Made by a program: the position numbers and the translations under genes. Below the pieces are notes generated by a model, which was given only the letters and a program-made list of their open reading frames with translations, had not been told where the DNA came from and made no database searches. 64,000 bases of DNA from Candidatus Hodarchaeota archaeon (GTDB taxonomy: Archaea > Asgardarchaeota > Lokiarchaeia > Sigyniarchaeales > SOKP01): assembly GCA_048886685.1 (NCBI GenBank), contig JBHLKM010000005.1, positions 170,958 to 234,957 of the forward strand, written 5' to 3'. Shown here piece by piece: positions 1 through 10,735 of this stretch (its first letter is position 1; every line of letters starts with the position of its first letter).

Positions 1-1
1 A

Positions 2-184
2 TTCAATTTTCCCATGGGCCCTTTAGAACTTTCTGATTTAGTTGGTAATGATATATATTTCCATATTGGAAAATATTTAGAAAAAGAACTAGGACAAAAG
101 TATCGACCAAGCCATCTTTTACAAGAAATGGTAAACAAGGGATTTTTAGGAAGAAAAACGAGAAAAGGATTCTATGAGTACTAA
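2..184 (+). CDS. 3-hydroxyacyl-CoA dehydrogenase, C-terminal fragment (5' end outside window)
   Basis: Manual translation [18 protein letters not shown]...[14 protein letters not shown] matches the PMGP..L.D..G.D and LG.K.G.GFY motifs of the HAD C-terminal domain. Confidence 0.9.
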   Translation, partial: FNFPMGPLELSDLVGNDIYFHIGKYLEKELGQKYRPSHLLQEMVNKGFLGRKTRKGFYEY

Positions 185-420
185 ACTACTACTTTAATTC
201 ATTGGAATAACAATTTTTTCTATTTTTTTTAATATTCTCTTATTATTAATTGCTTTTACTTTTAAAATATGTATTAATATAACGTATAAAATATACTTTG
301 ATTATTTTTTAATATAAAAAATCTTATTAGTTATTCATAATATAAAAAGCTAGGTTAGTATTTTTAGGGGTTTACAAATTCGAGAATCTCTTTCCTAAAA
401 CATGATGTATCTGATTTATT

Positions 421-894
421 ATGAGTAATTCGGGCTTAAGAAAAAAAAATCTTGAATTAGAAAAGCAAGTTGATAGAAAAGACAATAATAATTTAAATTT
501 AGTTGAGAAGTACAACCAACTAAAGGAAGAGAATCAAAATTTACTGGAGGAAAGGAAAATTTTAAAAGAATTACTCGTTGAAAATGTAAAAAAGGATCAT
601 CAGGTATCATTGTTAGAAGTTGATGATTTAAAAGATTGTCATAAGAATACATTCTATTTCCAAATAGTTTTAGGGATTCTTGTAATTGTTTTATCATTAG
701 GATTTCATATTTTATATTTATCAATTACTGATTGTTTATTATATTCTGGTGGAGATCAGGAGTGTTGGATTAAAAATTGGTTAGGCATTGATATTCATGG
801 TAGTTTTTTTCTTGATGTTATGTTATATTCCTTAATTGTGTTTCAAATTCTTCTTATAATTTTAATAATAAGAAATCAATTAGCAAAAGTCTGA
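421..894 (+). CDS. hypothetical membrane protein with N-terminal coiled coil
   Basis: 157 aa; charged heptad-like N-terminus, two hydrophobic segments separated by a Cys-flanked loop. Confidence 0.65.
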   Translation: MSNSGLRKKNLELEKQVDRKDNNNLNLVEKYNQLKEENQNLLEERKILKELLVENVKKDHQVSLLEVDDLKDCHKNTFYFQIVLGILVIVLSLGFHILYLSITDCLLYSGGDQECWIKNWLGIDIHGSFFLDVMLYSLIVFQILLIILIIRNQLAKV

Positions 895-932
895 TCAAAA
901 GTATAAAATTATGATAATGAACCGAGATTACA

Positions 933-2690
933 TCATTTCTTAACTAATATCAGTTTATTTTCTTCAAGAATTATTTTATCTTTATTTAAAGGACTAAAAT
1001 TGTATGTACTTCTCATTGCATTAACAATCAAATCTCCAAATATCTTCAGTCTTAACGTGTTAAATAGATCATTTATCATTTGGAGATCTTCAGGTATTGA
1101 TACCCCAAAGAAAGGATTTAGCAATAAATATATTATAGCTCCTAGGATTATACCAAAAACTAGACTAATTATACTATTAAAAGGGAAAAACCACAATATG
1201 AAAAATAGAATTAACAAATTCGGTAATAAGCGTTTCATTCTAATTTTATAATTTACTTCAAGCTTTCTTTTGAGTTGTAATATTGTATATGGCAATAAAA
1301 AGAAAGCTGATATTAACATAACAATCCCAATACCTAAAATCCCAAATAGAAAAATAAATATTGGAGATAATCCCGTTATGATTATGATTGTTATTAAAAA
1401 TCCCCTTGCTGCTGAATTAGCATTTCCAGACCCTATTAGTGCATTTCCAAACAAAGTGGAATATCCATAGATGAATTGGCCCAAAATTATAAGAATGAAT
1501 AAAGTTCGTGCCATTATAAAAATCTCGGTATTAAAAGATCCTTCATTGATAAACAGATCTTTATGTAAATAAAAAAGTAATTCACCTGAAAGTGAAACCA
1601 TAGCAGTGAGAAATCCAAGTGCTAAAATGCTAGAAATTCTTGTTGAATCATTAATAGAAGCCTCCACCGTTTCATAACTCTCTTTAGCGCATGCTTCTGC
1701 AATTTCAATATTTAATGGAGCAGAATAATACAATATCACTGTCTTAACAGCCCCGTAAGTCATTAAGACAGTTAACAAACTCAATCCAAATCCCTGATAT
1801 TCAGGATTTGAAAATATAGCTAAGTAAAATGCAGCAAAAAAAAATAAAATATCTTCGAAAAATTTTGAATTTTGAATATTTGTTAGCATTGAATAAACGG
1901 AATTTTTCATGTAGAGCAGTATTTGATGTTCTTCAATTAAATGGCTAATATCCGGAGACGACCTTTTTTTCATAGTTCTTGTTCTTAAACCTGATCTAAT
2001 TATTTCTTTTATTGAATAAGGAGCCTGCTTACTAAAGAAAAAAGCAAATAAAAACAATGTGGTGATATTGAATAAAGGGTGAAAAGCAAACCAAAAAGGG
2101 CTAATATTAAAAGAAATAAAAATATATCCCCATAATAATAGAAAAACTCCTGCGAATATTGATAAAAATGCAATTATATCATATCTATTCTTTATTTCTA
2201 GCCCGATTTGAAAAATATAGTTACTATATAAAAAAATGGTTGTAACTCCTGATGCAAAAATACATTCTCTTAATAATTGATTTATTTGAAGAAACCCAGA
2301 AATGAAAGATATCAAGATCATCCCCAGTGCTAATATCAACCCTATTAAAAACAGAATTTTCGAGTAAGTTGCTGCTTTTAACCGCCCTAATTCTTCATTA
2401 ACAATAAAAGCAGTTTTTATTTCTGCTATAAAGTACCTTGAAATTCCAATACCGATCAATCCTACAATACCGTTTATTGCGGTTGTTAATCCGAAATATT
2501 TTAATCCTTCCCAACCTGTACCTAATATTATAAAAACCCAAATGCATCCAGCATTAATTAAAGCGAAAAACATATAAAGAGATCCAGATGTAATCACTCG
2601 TGAACTTCCTTCTTGCTCAAAGAACCTTCGATCTCTCGAGAAATCAATCCTAAGTTCTGTTCTCTCTGAATTTTTTTCCATAAATAACAA
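933..2690 (-). CDS. MOP-superfamily (Wzx/MATE-like) polysaccharide flippase-like transporter
   Basis: 585 aa, about 14 hydrophobic segments; GLKYFGL...GIGISRYFIAE and LFGNALIGSG resemble flippase motifs. Confidence 0.65.
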   Translation of the reverse strand: MLFMEKNSERTELRIDFSRDRRFFEQEGSSRVITSGSLYMFFALINAGCIWVFIILGTGWEGLKYFGLTTAINGIVGLIGIGISRYFIAEIKTAFIVNEELGRLKAATYSKILFLIGLILALGMILISFISGFLQINQLLRECIFASGVTTIFLYSNYIFQIGLEIKNRYDIIAFLSIFAGVFLLLWGYIFISFNISPFWFAFHPLFNITTLFLFAFFFSKQAPYSIKEIIRSGLRTRTMKKRSSPDISHLIEEHQILLYMKNSVYSMLTNIQNSKFFEDILFFFAAFYLAIFSNPEYQGFGLSLLTVLMTYGAVKTVILYYSAPLNIEIAEACAKESYETVEASINDSTRISSILALGFLTAMVSLSGELLFYLHKDLFINEGSFNTEIFIMARTLFILIILGQFIYGYSTLFGNALIGSGNANSAARGFLITIIIITGLSPIFIFLFGILGIGIVMLISAFFLLPYTILQLKRKLEVNYKIRMKRLLPNLLILFFILWFFPFNSIISLVFGIILGAIIYLLLNPFFGVSIPEDLQMINDLFNTLRLKIFGDLIVNAMRSTYNFSPLNKDKIILEENKLILVKK

Positions 2691-2857
2691 GCTATCCTTA
2701 ACTAATTATTCATTATGAATTCTTTAGTCAAAAAAAAGTTTTAGAAAAAGTTTACAAATATATGAAAGAATTCAGGGTACTGTCTTATTTATCTGATAAT
2801 AAAAGATAAGTTTATTATTAACTGTTTTAACTGTATAATATTATCCAGCAATATCAG

Positions 2858-3040
2858 ATGAGTTATATGGTTGGTAAAGAAATTATATGTGAAAATTGCG
2901 GAGAAAATACGAGCACAGAAATATTTAATTGCGAAAAATGTGATAATATTCTTTGCGATACGTGCTCTAACATTTGCCAACGATGTGGAAACTATTTATG
3001 TGACAATTGTTATCATGATCATAAAAAAAGTTGTAAATAA
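2858..3040 (+). CDS. small multi-CxxC zinc-finger protein
   Basis: 60 aa with CENC, CEKC, CDTC, CQRC, CDNC and a final H..H...C; stop abuts the next ATG. Confidence 0.75.
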   Translation: MSYMVGKEIICENCGENTSTEIFNCEKCDNILCDTCSNICQRCGNYLCDNCYHDHKKSCK

Positions 3041-3436
3041 ATGAAAGGTTCTTATATTTTAGTCATTCAAATTCCTGAAACAACTGAGATAACTATTGGG
3101 GCCTTAGGTAACATATTATTTGAGAAAGGATCTTATTTATATATTGGATCTGCCATGGGTACTTATGGTTCAACTACCTTGGAAAACAGAATAAAAAGAC
3201 ATATTTCAACTTCAAATAAAAAAAAAATTCACTGGCATATTGATTATTTATTAAATTATGAGAGAGGTTTTATAACACAATTATACTTAATCCCTTCCCT
3301 ATATCGTATAGAATGTATAATCTCAAGAGAAATAAAGGATTTCTCAGATGATATTGTTGAGGATTTTGGATCAACTGATTGTATGTGCAAAAGTCATTTA
3401 TTCTATTTCCAGCAATTTAAAGAGTTTAAATATTAA
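3041..3436 (+). CDS. GIY-YIG nuclease family protein (DUF123 type)
   Basis: KGSYIL, YLYIGSA, RIKRH, HWHIDYLL, FGSTDCMCKSHL motifs. Confidence 0.9.
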   Translation: MKGSYILVIQIPETTEITIGALGNILFEKGSYLYIGSAMGTYGSTTLENRIKRHISTSNKKKIHWHIDYLLNYERGFITQLYLIPSLYRIECIISREIKDFSDDIVEDFGSTDCMCKSHLFYFQQFKEFKY

Positions 3437-3625
3437 AGCAAATAAGTTAAAACCTTAAACCTAAAATTTGATTAAGGATTGCGATTAGGTTGTGATTAAC
3501 TTTTTCTTATCATATCTCTTTTTGAACTTCATTCTGATATTTTTGAAAAATTGGGTAAAATCCTTAAAATTTTTTAAACTTGCAATTGAATTTATCATAT
3601 CAGAAATCAATTTTTAAAAAAAAAA

Positions 3626-4573
3626 GTGAGAAATATGGGAATGTTAGATGGTAAAGTTGCCATAATAACTGGCGCTGGTCGTGGCCTTGGTCGTGAGGAA
3701 GCATTATTATTTGCTAAGGAGGGATGTAATTTATTAGTAAACGATCTAGGCGGCAGTTTTGATGGTAGCGGTGCTGAAACCAAGGTTGCTGATGAAATTG
3801 CAGAAGAATGTAAAAAATTGGGAGTTAAAGCTATATCGAATTATGATTCTGTCACTGATTTTAATAAGGCAAAAGCAATGATTGATCAAGCAATTTCCGA
3901 ATATGGGAAATTAGACATCCTAGTGAATAATGCTGGGATATTGAGAGATAGGATGCTTTTTAATATGACAGAGAAAGAGTTTGATGATGTAATAGCTGTG
4001 CATTTAAAAGGTACATTTAACATGACTCGTCATGCTTCTGCATATTTTAGAGAACAAGGAAAAGCTAATCCTGATTTAGGTGTTTTCGGGAGAATAATAA
4101 ATACTGCTTCAGATGCTGGTTTATTAGGAAATATGGGGCAAAGTAACTATGGCGCTGCAAAAGCAGGTATTGCAGCATTTACCAATATTGCTTCTATGGA
4201 ATTAGGCAAATATGCCACCGTTAATTGTGTTGTACCTGTAGCTAGAACGAGACTCACAACTGATGCAACACCAACAATGGCGGGAACAATGAGTAGGAAA
4301 GATAAAAGAGGTTTTGATATCTTCAATCCTGCTAATGTTGCTCCTATGGTTGCGTTTCTAGCTTCAGACCAAGCATTTAAAATTACAGGAGAAGTGTTTA
4401 GGGTAGTAGGTGACAGGGTTTTCTCATTAATAGGATGGACTACTTATAAACAAATAGATAATAATGGAGAACCTTTCACTCCTCAAATTTTAGCTGAACG
4501 TGTTCAAGAAGAATTATTAAAAGGAAAACCTAAAAAAGAGACTTTAGCAAGTTCACTTGCGTCTTTAATGTAA
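3626..4573 (+). CDS. short-chain dehydrogenase/reductase (MFE-2-like)
   Basis: TGAGRGLG, VNDLGG, NNAGILRD, catalytic YGAAK. Confidence 0.93.
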   Translation: MRNMGMLDGKVAIITGAGRGLGREEALLFAKEGCNLLVNDLGGSFDGSGAETKVADEIAEECKKLGVKAISNYDSVTDFNKAKAMIDQAISEYGKLDILVNNAGILRDRMLFNMTEKEFDDVIAVHLKGTFNMTRHASAYFREQGKANPDLGVFGRIINTASDAGLLGNMGQSNYGAAKAGIAAFTNIASMELGKYATVNCVVPVARTRLTTDATPTMAGTMSRKDKRGFDIFNPANVAPMVAFLASDQAFKITGEVFRVVGDRVFSLIGWTTYKQIDNNGEPFTPQILAERVQEELLKGKPKKETLASSLASLM

Positions 4574-4578
4574 AATTA

Positions 4579-4599
4579 TTTTTTTTTTCTTTCTTTTTT
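4579..4599 (+). terminator. oligo-T archaeal terminator after SDR gene
   Basis: Long T-rich run immediately after the TAA at 4573. Confidence 0.5.
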
Positions 4600-4644
4600 A
4601 ACCACAAAAAGAACGTATTTTTCCAAAACTTCAAATAAAAAAGT

Positions 4645-5151
4645 TTACTTATCAATTAGATCCTTAAAGAATTCATCATCAAAGTGCTCTTTTCCTACCT
4701 TTTCTCCTTTCATCTCTTTATACACATAGTAGAATGCCATAAGAGCTCCTGCTAATAGACCAATAACCGCCCCAGAAAGAAGAGTATAGCCTAAATACAA
4801 AAAGAAAACAGTTGCAGATGTACCAGCAGCTATCATTGCTAATACCGTTTGATATATACTAATAAACATACAAGATAAAACACCACCAAAAATCCCTACA
4901 ATGATACCATACTTTAAGATTTCTTGATGTGGTTCTCGATTTTTAAAAAAATATAATAATCCAAAAATCGCTCCTAATAAAAATTCAAGATCAGCAAAAA
5001 GAAAAAAACCAGTATAAATCAAAAAATCTATTATTATAGATATGATAGAAATTGTAATATATGATGCGGTAGTGACTAGTGCTGAAATCAAAATACCCCA
5101 TTTTACATTTCTTTCTCTAATTATATTAGATAAATCACTCATTTTTCTCAT
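4645..5151 (-). CDS. hypothetical 4-TM membrane protein
   Basis: Four Gly-rich hydrophobic helices and a charged C-terminal tail. Confidence 0.7.
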   Translation of the reverse strand: MRKMSDLSNIIRERNVKWGILISALVTTASYITISIISIIIDFLIYTGFFLFADLEFLLGAIFGLLYFFKNREPHQEILKYGIIVGIFGGVLSCMFISIYQTVLAMIAAGTSATVFFLYLGYTLLSGAVIGLLAGALMAFYYVYKEMKGEKVGKEHFDDEFFKDLIDK

Positions 5152-5214
5152 TAAAAATAGGTTATATTAAGAAAATGAAAAAAGAATATGTTAAGTATGT
5201 TACTAATTTTTTGA

Positions 5215-6006
5215 TTATCTATCAGTACCTGGGAGATCTTTACCTTTCGTTATTGTCTTAGTAACTACTTTTTTTACTAATTTCGTTGGGTCCGCTAGGT
5301 TCTTAAGTCCTTGAGTTGCTGCGTCTGCTGCTTGCCCGATCACATCTCCTCCGATTGTGCCGCCCCCGACTAATTCCTCAGCTACAATGCCAACGGCAGG
5401 AGTTAATGCAGCGGAAACAATTGTGGTAACAGCCGCAACTGCTACAACTTTAGCAATCTTCATAGCAATTGGGCTACTGCCACCTTTCTTTGATATTTCA
5501 TCATCTTCAACCGCTTCTAAAGAACGTTTAAGTCCTTTTATTAATCTGTTTAGGGCTTCCTCTTTTTTCTCTTTTTTTCCCTTGTAATAAATTCCATCAT
5601 TGTAAGCAGTTTCTAGATACTTTGTTAAAGATTTATATTTTTGAATTTTTTTATAGCCATTCCAATCATTATCTTTGAAATTCATTAATATTGTATCACA
5701 AGGTCTTCCCTTGTTGACAGCATAAACAAAAATTTGAGGATCTTTTTTGTCACATAGATAAACTGTCTCGTAAATATAATCCCCAAGCTCTTTTTTCTGT
5801 CCAATTAATATTCTAAAACGTATCTGGTCTGTTTTACCAATTAAACTTTTTGAAAATTTGGCTAGCGCAACCTTACCCTTCTTAGCTTTCTTTTCTTTCT
5901 CAATAACGGTATCTGCTCTCTTTTCTTCAAAATAATCACTTAAAACTTCGAAAGCTTGCTTAAATATTTTTTTAGTTTTATCTATTTCTTTACCCAATAA
6001 CCCCAC
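5215..6006 (-). CDS. hypothetical protein
   Basis: 263 aa; Lys-rich N-terminal domain, Ala/Val/Gly-rich hydrophobic C-terminal segment. Confidence 0.65.
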   Translation of the reverse strand: MGLLGKEIDKTKKIFKQAFEVLSDYFEEKRADTVIEKEKKAKKGKVALAKFSKSLIGKTDQIRFRILIGQKKELGDYIYETVYLCDKKDPQIFVYAVNKGRPCDTILMNFKDNDWNGYKKIQKYKSLTKYLETAYNDGIYYKGKKEKKEEALNRLIKGLKRSLEAVEDDEISKKGGSSPIAMKIAKVVAVAAVTTIVSAALTPAVGIVAEELVGGGTIGGDVIGQAADAATQGLKNLADPTKLVKKVVTKTITKGKDLPGTDR

Positions 6007-6275
6007 TTCCCAATCGATATTATTCTTAAATAAAATCCAGTTACAATAAATATCTTAATTAGAATATTTATGTTTAAGTTTTTATAGAACTCTAACATAT
6101 CGTCAGTATCAATTACCAGTATGAAGAAGTTGAATTTTAAACAATTATTTAGAACAAGTCGAAAAATGATAAATAGCTTTTTTAATTAGGATTTGTATAC
6201 TTATATATAAAATTACACCTTACATAATAATTATAGAATTTATAATTTCACTATGTTAAAATTGGAATGAGTTAA

Positions 6276-6629
6276 ATGAGTGAAAGAATAACAGAAATAC
6301 TTAATTCTCTAAAGGCGATTAAAGGAGTTCATGGAGCGGCTCTTATTGAGAAATTTGGATTAATTAAAGGTAGCGCGTTACCAGGATGGGTTGATCCGGA
6401 GGCCGTTGCTGCTATGGTGACCTTAATTTTAAAAGCAAGTCAAAGAGCAACTAAAGAACTAGAACAAGGGCAATTTTTTAGTGCTATAATAGAATCAGAA
6501 AAGGGAAAAATACTTTTTAGCGAAATCGAGGGAAATATTCTTACAATAATAACCACAAAAGAAGCTAAACTTGGTATAATAAATCTAAAATTGGATGCTG
6601 CTAGTGCAGAACTCAGAAAAAGGTTATAA
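6276..6629 (+). CDS. Roadblock/LC7 (MglB-like) protein
   Basis: 117 aa; GVHGAALIEKFGLI, AVAAM, IIESEKGKIL, AKLGII pattern. Confidence 0.92.
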   Translation: MSERITEILNSLKAIKGVHGAALIEKFGLIKGSALPGWVDPEAVAAMVTLILKASQRATKELEQGQFFSAIIESEKGKILFSEIEGNILTIITTKEAKLGIINLKLDAASAELRKRL

Positions 6630-6751
6630 TTTTTTTCTCTTTTTTTTGAATAATTATATTTTGTTTTATCCAGATTTTTTCCTTAAAATAAAATCCTAAT
6701 TAAAATATATTTATATATTTTTTAAAATTAAACCTAAACAAAAATTAAAAG

Positions 6752-7667
6752 GTGATATATATAGTTATTATAAATTCTGAAGGCAAATTTGATGATCATC
6801 ATTATCTTTTAGATGGAATGACAATGGGATTGCCTAAATTTCTTTCAATTTATATTATTGAAAATAATGGTATGCGAATGATGATTGATGTTGGAGAAAC
6901 ATTAAAAGCCAGGACAATCATTAAAAAACTTAAAGATTTCGGTCTTTATCCTATTCATAAAATCGTATTAACTCATTCTCATTGGGATCATGCTCAAGGG
7001 CTCTCAAAATTAATTAAATTAATGAAAGATGAGGGTGTAGAAATTTTAGCTTCAGAAAACGCAGTTGAGAATTTGAGACTTCCGGAAAAAATGATTGAAG
7101 GATTTGAGGGAATTAATTTTGATCCTTTTGAAGGAGATATAACTCCTTTGAAAGAAGGTGATATCATTGATTTAAACGGACTAGAATTAGAGATCAAGAA
7201 TTTTTTTTGGGCATACTATGGATTCTATAGCTATTTTTGATAAAGCCAACAGGAACATATTCGCACAGGAGACGCATTCATTATGAGATTAGACCAAGAT
7301 GCCTTTTTTTATCCCTCTAATGCCCCCTGATTTTCATGAAAAAGAGCTACTTAAATCTTTTGTTAAATTACGAGATATGAAAAATGAGTTGAACTCCATC
7401 TCTTTAACTCATTTTGGAGTATGGATGGATAATCACTGTGAACAAATAATAAATGAGATGGAAGATCTCTACTTCAGTACAAAAAATTCACTTATAGAAT
7501 GGTATAATGAAGATCCATCAATTGAGGTTATAACTAGTAAATATTGTAAAGAATTTTTGTCTAACTCTAAATTTTGGAACGAAAAAGTATTTACATTTAT
7601 TATAGAGATGATGATAAACGGTTTAAAATTAAGCAGATTAATTGAAGGAGAAGAGATTGTCCATTAA
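6752..7667 (+). pseudogene. MBL-fold metallo-hydrolase interrupted by three frameshifts (7201-7310)
   Basis: THSHWDH in 6752..7240; GHTMDS in another frame from 7209; TGDAF from 7265; LTHFG in 7299..7667. Confidence 0.8.
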
Positions 7668-7705
7668 TTAACCATGTTAACTTTATTCCTAAAAAACAAT
7701 TATTC

Positions 7706-9175
7706 TTAATCAATTATCCCATTTTCTTTTAATAGTTTTAACATAATTTCTCTAGTTATTCTTGGATCAGCTTGACCTTTAGTTTTCCCCATGATCCTCC
7801 CTATTAACGCTTCAATTGCTTTTGGATTTTTATAACAATCCTCAACAATTTTAGGATTATCTAAAATTACCTCTTTGCAAAGATTTTCAATTGCTTCTTC
7901 ATCAGAAAGCCTTTTTTTGCCCTTCATTTCAATTATTTTAATGACTGATAAACCTTCTAACATCACAGCTATAAACGTTTTTGCAATTTTGGTGGTAATT
8001 TTCCCTTTTTTAATATAATTTATTAAATCAACTACTTGTTGAGGGTGAAGATTTGTTTCTTTAATCGATTTATTTAGATCATTTAAATGTCTGGATATAT
8101 CATTCATCAACCAATTACATATTTGCTTATATTCATTCGGACCAAATGATGGATCAGAATTTACCCCGTCTTCATAAAAATCAGCAATATCTTTATCTAA
8201 AACTAAATTCTCTGAATCAAATTCTGATAAATTATAATCTCTATGAAGTCTTACAGCTCTCTCGCGGGGCATTTCTGGTAATTCGTTTTTAACTTTTTGG
8301 ATGAAATCTTCCTCAATTGCTATCGGAACTAAATCCTGCTCAGGAAAGTAGCGATAATCTTCTTCAAATTCTTTTGTTCTTAGTGAAATAGTAATCCTTC
8401 GTTTATCATCCCAATGTCTCGTTTCCTGGGTTAATACTTTACCTCGTTTCAATAAATTTCTTTGTCGTTGAATTTCCCACTTTAAGGCACGTTCTACCTC
8501 CTTGAAACTACTTATATTTTTTACCTCACTTCGTTCATGGCCTTTAAGTGAGATATTCGCATCTACTCTGGCTGCTCCAGTTAAATCTAAATTCGATATA
8601 CCTGTATATTGAACAATTGATTTTAACTGTTTGAGAAATTCCCTTGCTTCTTCAGGAGAACTAATAACTGGATCGGATACTATTTCAATTAAGCAAACAC
8701 CAGATCGATTATAATCAACTAATGTGTATGGAGATGTAGCAATTGATCCCTTATGTACCAACCTTGCGGGATCCTCCTCCAAATGGATCCTATTAAGAAT
8801 TATATCCTTTTTTTTACCGTTAACTTTTACTGTTATTTTACCGCCATCTGCGAAAGCTTTACCCCCTGCTTTGTTATACTGGCTTATCTGAAAACCTTTT
8901 GGTAAATCTACGTAGAAATAATTTTTTCGAAAGAAAAACATTGAATCATTAATTTTACAATCTAAAGCTAATGCAAGTCTAGTAGCGAATTCTATTGCTT
9001 TTTTGTTTATTACAGGCAAAGATCCTGGTAAACCTAAACAAATAGGACAGTTATGAGTATTTGGTTCAGCTCCTCTATAATCTGCATTACAACTACAAAA
9101 TAATTTGGTTTTCAAATTGGTTACCTGAATATGAACTTCTAATCCGATTATTACATCTTCATAGTTAGAACTCAT
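7706..9175 (-). CDS. gatB: Asp/Glu-tRNA amidotransferase subunit B
   Basis: IGLEVHIQ, CLGLPGSLP, RKNYFYVDLPKGFQISQ, HLEED, DYRYFPE. Confidence 0.97.
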   Translation of the reverse strand: MSSNYEDVIIGLEVHIQVTNLKTKLFCSCNADYRGAEPNTHNCPICLGLPGSLPVINKKAIEFATRLALALDCKINDSMFFFRKNYFYVDLPKGFQISQYNKAGGKAFADGGKITVKVNGKKKDIILNRIHLEEDPARLVHKGSIATSPYTLVDYNRSGVCLIEIVSDPVISSPEEAREFLKQLKSIVQYTGISNLDLTGAARVDANISLKGHERSEVKNISSFKEVERALKWEIQRQRNLLKRGKVLTQETRHWDDKRRITISLRTKEFEEDYRYFPEQDLVPIAIEEDFIQKVKNELPEMPRERAVRLHRDYNLSEFDSENLVLDKDIADFYEDGVNSDPSFGPNEYKQICNWLMNDISRHLNDLNKSIKETNLHPQQVVDLINYIKKGKITTKIAKTFIAVMLEGLSVIKIIEMKGKKRLSDEEAIENLCKEVILDNPKIVEDCYKNPKAIEALIGRIMGKTKGQADPRITREIMLKLLKENGIID

Positions 9176-10657
9176 CTACTTCCCTCCATCTTTAATAGGT
9201 GCTATTTTCCTAAAAATATTTAATTCCTGTTCCAGTAAATATCCTATATTAAGGATCGTTTTTTCTCCGAAATAATTGCCTATAATTTGAAATCCTATTG
9301 GTAAGCCTTTTTCATCAAAACCACACGGTAGCGAAAGAGCAGGCAACCCCGCAAGATTCACAGGACAAGTTAAAATATCCATAAAATACATCTGTAACGG
9401 ATCATTTACCAATTCTCCAATTTTGAATGCTGTGGTGGGCATCGTTGGGCATACAATAGCATCGCACTGATTCAAAGCATTTTGAAAATCATCCTTTATC
9501 AGAGTCCTAACTTTCAACGCTTTAATATAGAACATATCATAATAACCCGCAGAAAGGGCATAACTTCCTAATATAATCCTTCTCCTTACCTCACTTCCAA
9601 ATTTTTCACTTCTAGTTTTACTAAAAATCTCATATAGATCCCCACTAAAATCTGCACTCATACCTCCATATCTTAATCCATCATATCTAGCTAGGTTTGA
9701 ACTTGCTTCGCTCATTGCTATTAAATAATAGGTAGGAATAACATATTCTAAATGTGGAAAAGAAACTTCAATAATTTCGGCTCCTATGTTATTTAATTTA
9801 TTAATAGCCCTATTCACCTTACTTTTTACTTCGGTCTCCAAGCCTTTACCAAAAAATTCTTTTGGAACCCCAAGTCTCATTTTTGAAATTGGTTTTTGAA
9901 GTTCTTTAGTATATTCATCTACCTTAATATCAACTGTAGTAGAGTCTAAAGGATCATAACCGGCTATGATTTCTAATAGAAGTGCTACATCATATACACA
10001 TCTAGATATAGGGCCTATTTGATCTAATGAATTTGCATATGACACCAATCCATATCTAGATACTCTCCCATATGTTGGTTTTAAGCCAACTACACCACAA
10101 TAAGAAGCGGGGCATCTTATACTCCCCCCTGTATCACTTCCCAAAGAAATTGGTGTTTGACCCGAAGCTACACATGAACCTGAACCTCCACTCGATCCTC
10201 CAGGAACTCTTTCTAGATCCCAAGGGTTATATGTTGGGCCATAACTACTATTTTCAGTAGAGGAACCCATAGCAAACTCATCCATATTTGTACGACCTAC
10301 ACATATTGCATCTTCCTTTTCGATTAGGCGATCAATAACAGTAGCATTATAAGGTGGATAATATCCTTCTAAAATCTTAGAACCACAAGTAGTAGGACTA
10401 TTCTTGATACATATTAAGTCTTTTATTCCTATAGGTACTCCATAAAGTCTCCCTACAGATTTTCCTTTATTTAATTTTTCATCTAATTCTTTTGCTTTGT
10501 TTAGTGCTTTTTCTTTAGATAAGTGAACAAACGAGTGTAGTTTATCTTCAGTGTTTTCTATTCTTTCATAAGTTTGATGAAGTAGTTCTTCAATAGTAAT
10601 CTCATTTGACTTAATTTTCTCAATTAGTTCATATGCCATGTATTCATAGAGTTTCAT
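9176..10657 (-). CDS. gatA: Asp/Glu-tRNA amidotransferase subunit A
   Basis: Amidase signature NMDEFAMGSS, PGGSSGGS, GSDTGGSIRCPA, SSNLARYDG. Confidence 0.97.
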   Translation of the reverse strand: MKLYEYMAYELIEKIKSNEITIEELLHQTYERIENTEDKLHSFVHLSKEKALNKAKELDEKLNKGKSVGRLYGVPIGIKDLICIKNSPTTCGSKILEGYYPPYNATVIDRLIEKEDAICVGRTNMDEFAMGSSTENSSYGPTYNPWDLERVPGGSSGGSGSCVASGQTPISLGSDTGGSIRCPASYCGVVGLKPTYGRVSRYGLVSYANSLDQIGPISRCVYDVALLLEIIAGYDPLDSTTVDIKVDEYTKELQKPISKMRLGVPKEFFGKGLETEVKSKVNRAINKLNNIGAEIIEVSFPHLEYVIPTYYLIAMSEASSNLARYDGLRYGGMSADFSGDLYEIFSKTRSEKFGSEVRRRIILGSYALSAGYYDMFYIKALKVRTLIKDDFQNALNQCDAIVCPTMPTTAFKIGELVNDPLQMYFMDILTCPVNLAGLPALSLPCGFDEKGLPIGFQIIGNYFGEKTILNIGYLLEQELNIFRKIAPIKDGGK

Positions 10658-10735
10658 TTACCGCAAACCACACTTTTAAATAATGTAGGAAAAGGATCTA
10701 TTTAATATCTCTTATTTACTTACACTATTTTATCT

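Noticed and set aside
7238-7240. TGA as selenocysteine or readthrough in the MBL gene
   Set aside because: The conserved GHT motif is in a different frame before this codon, so frameshift explains the break
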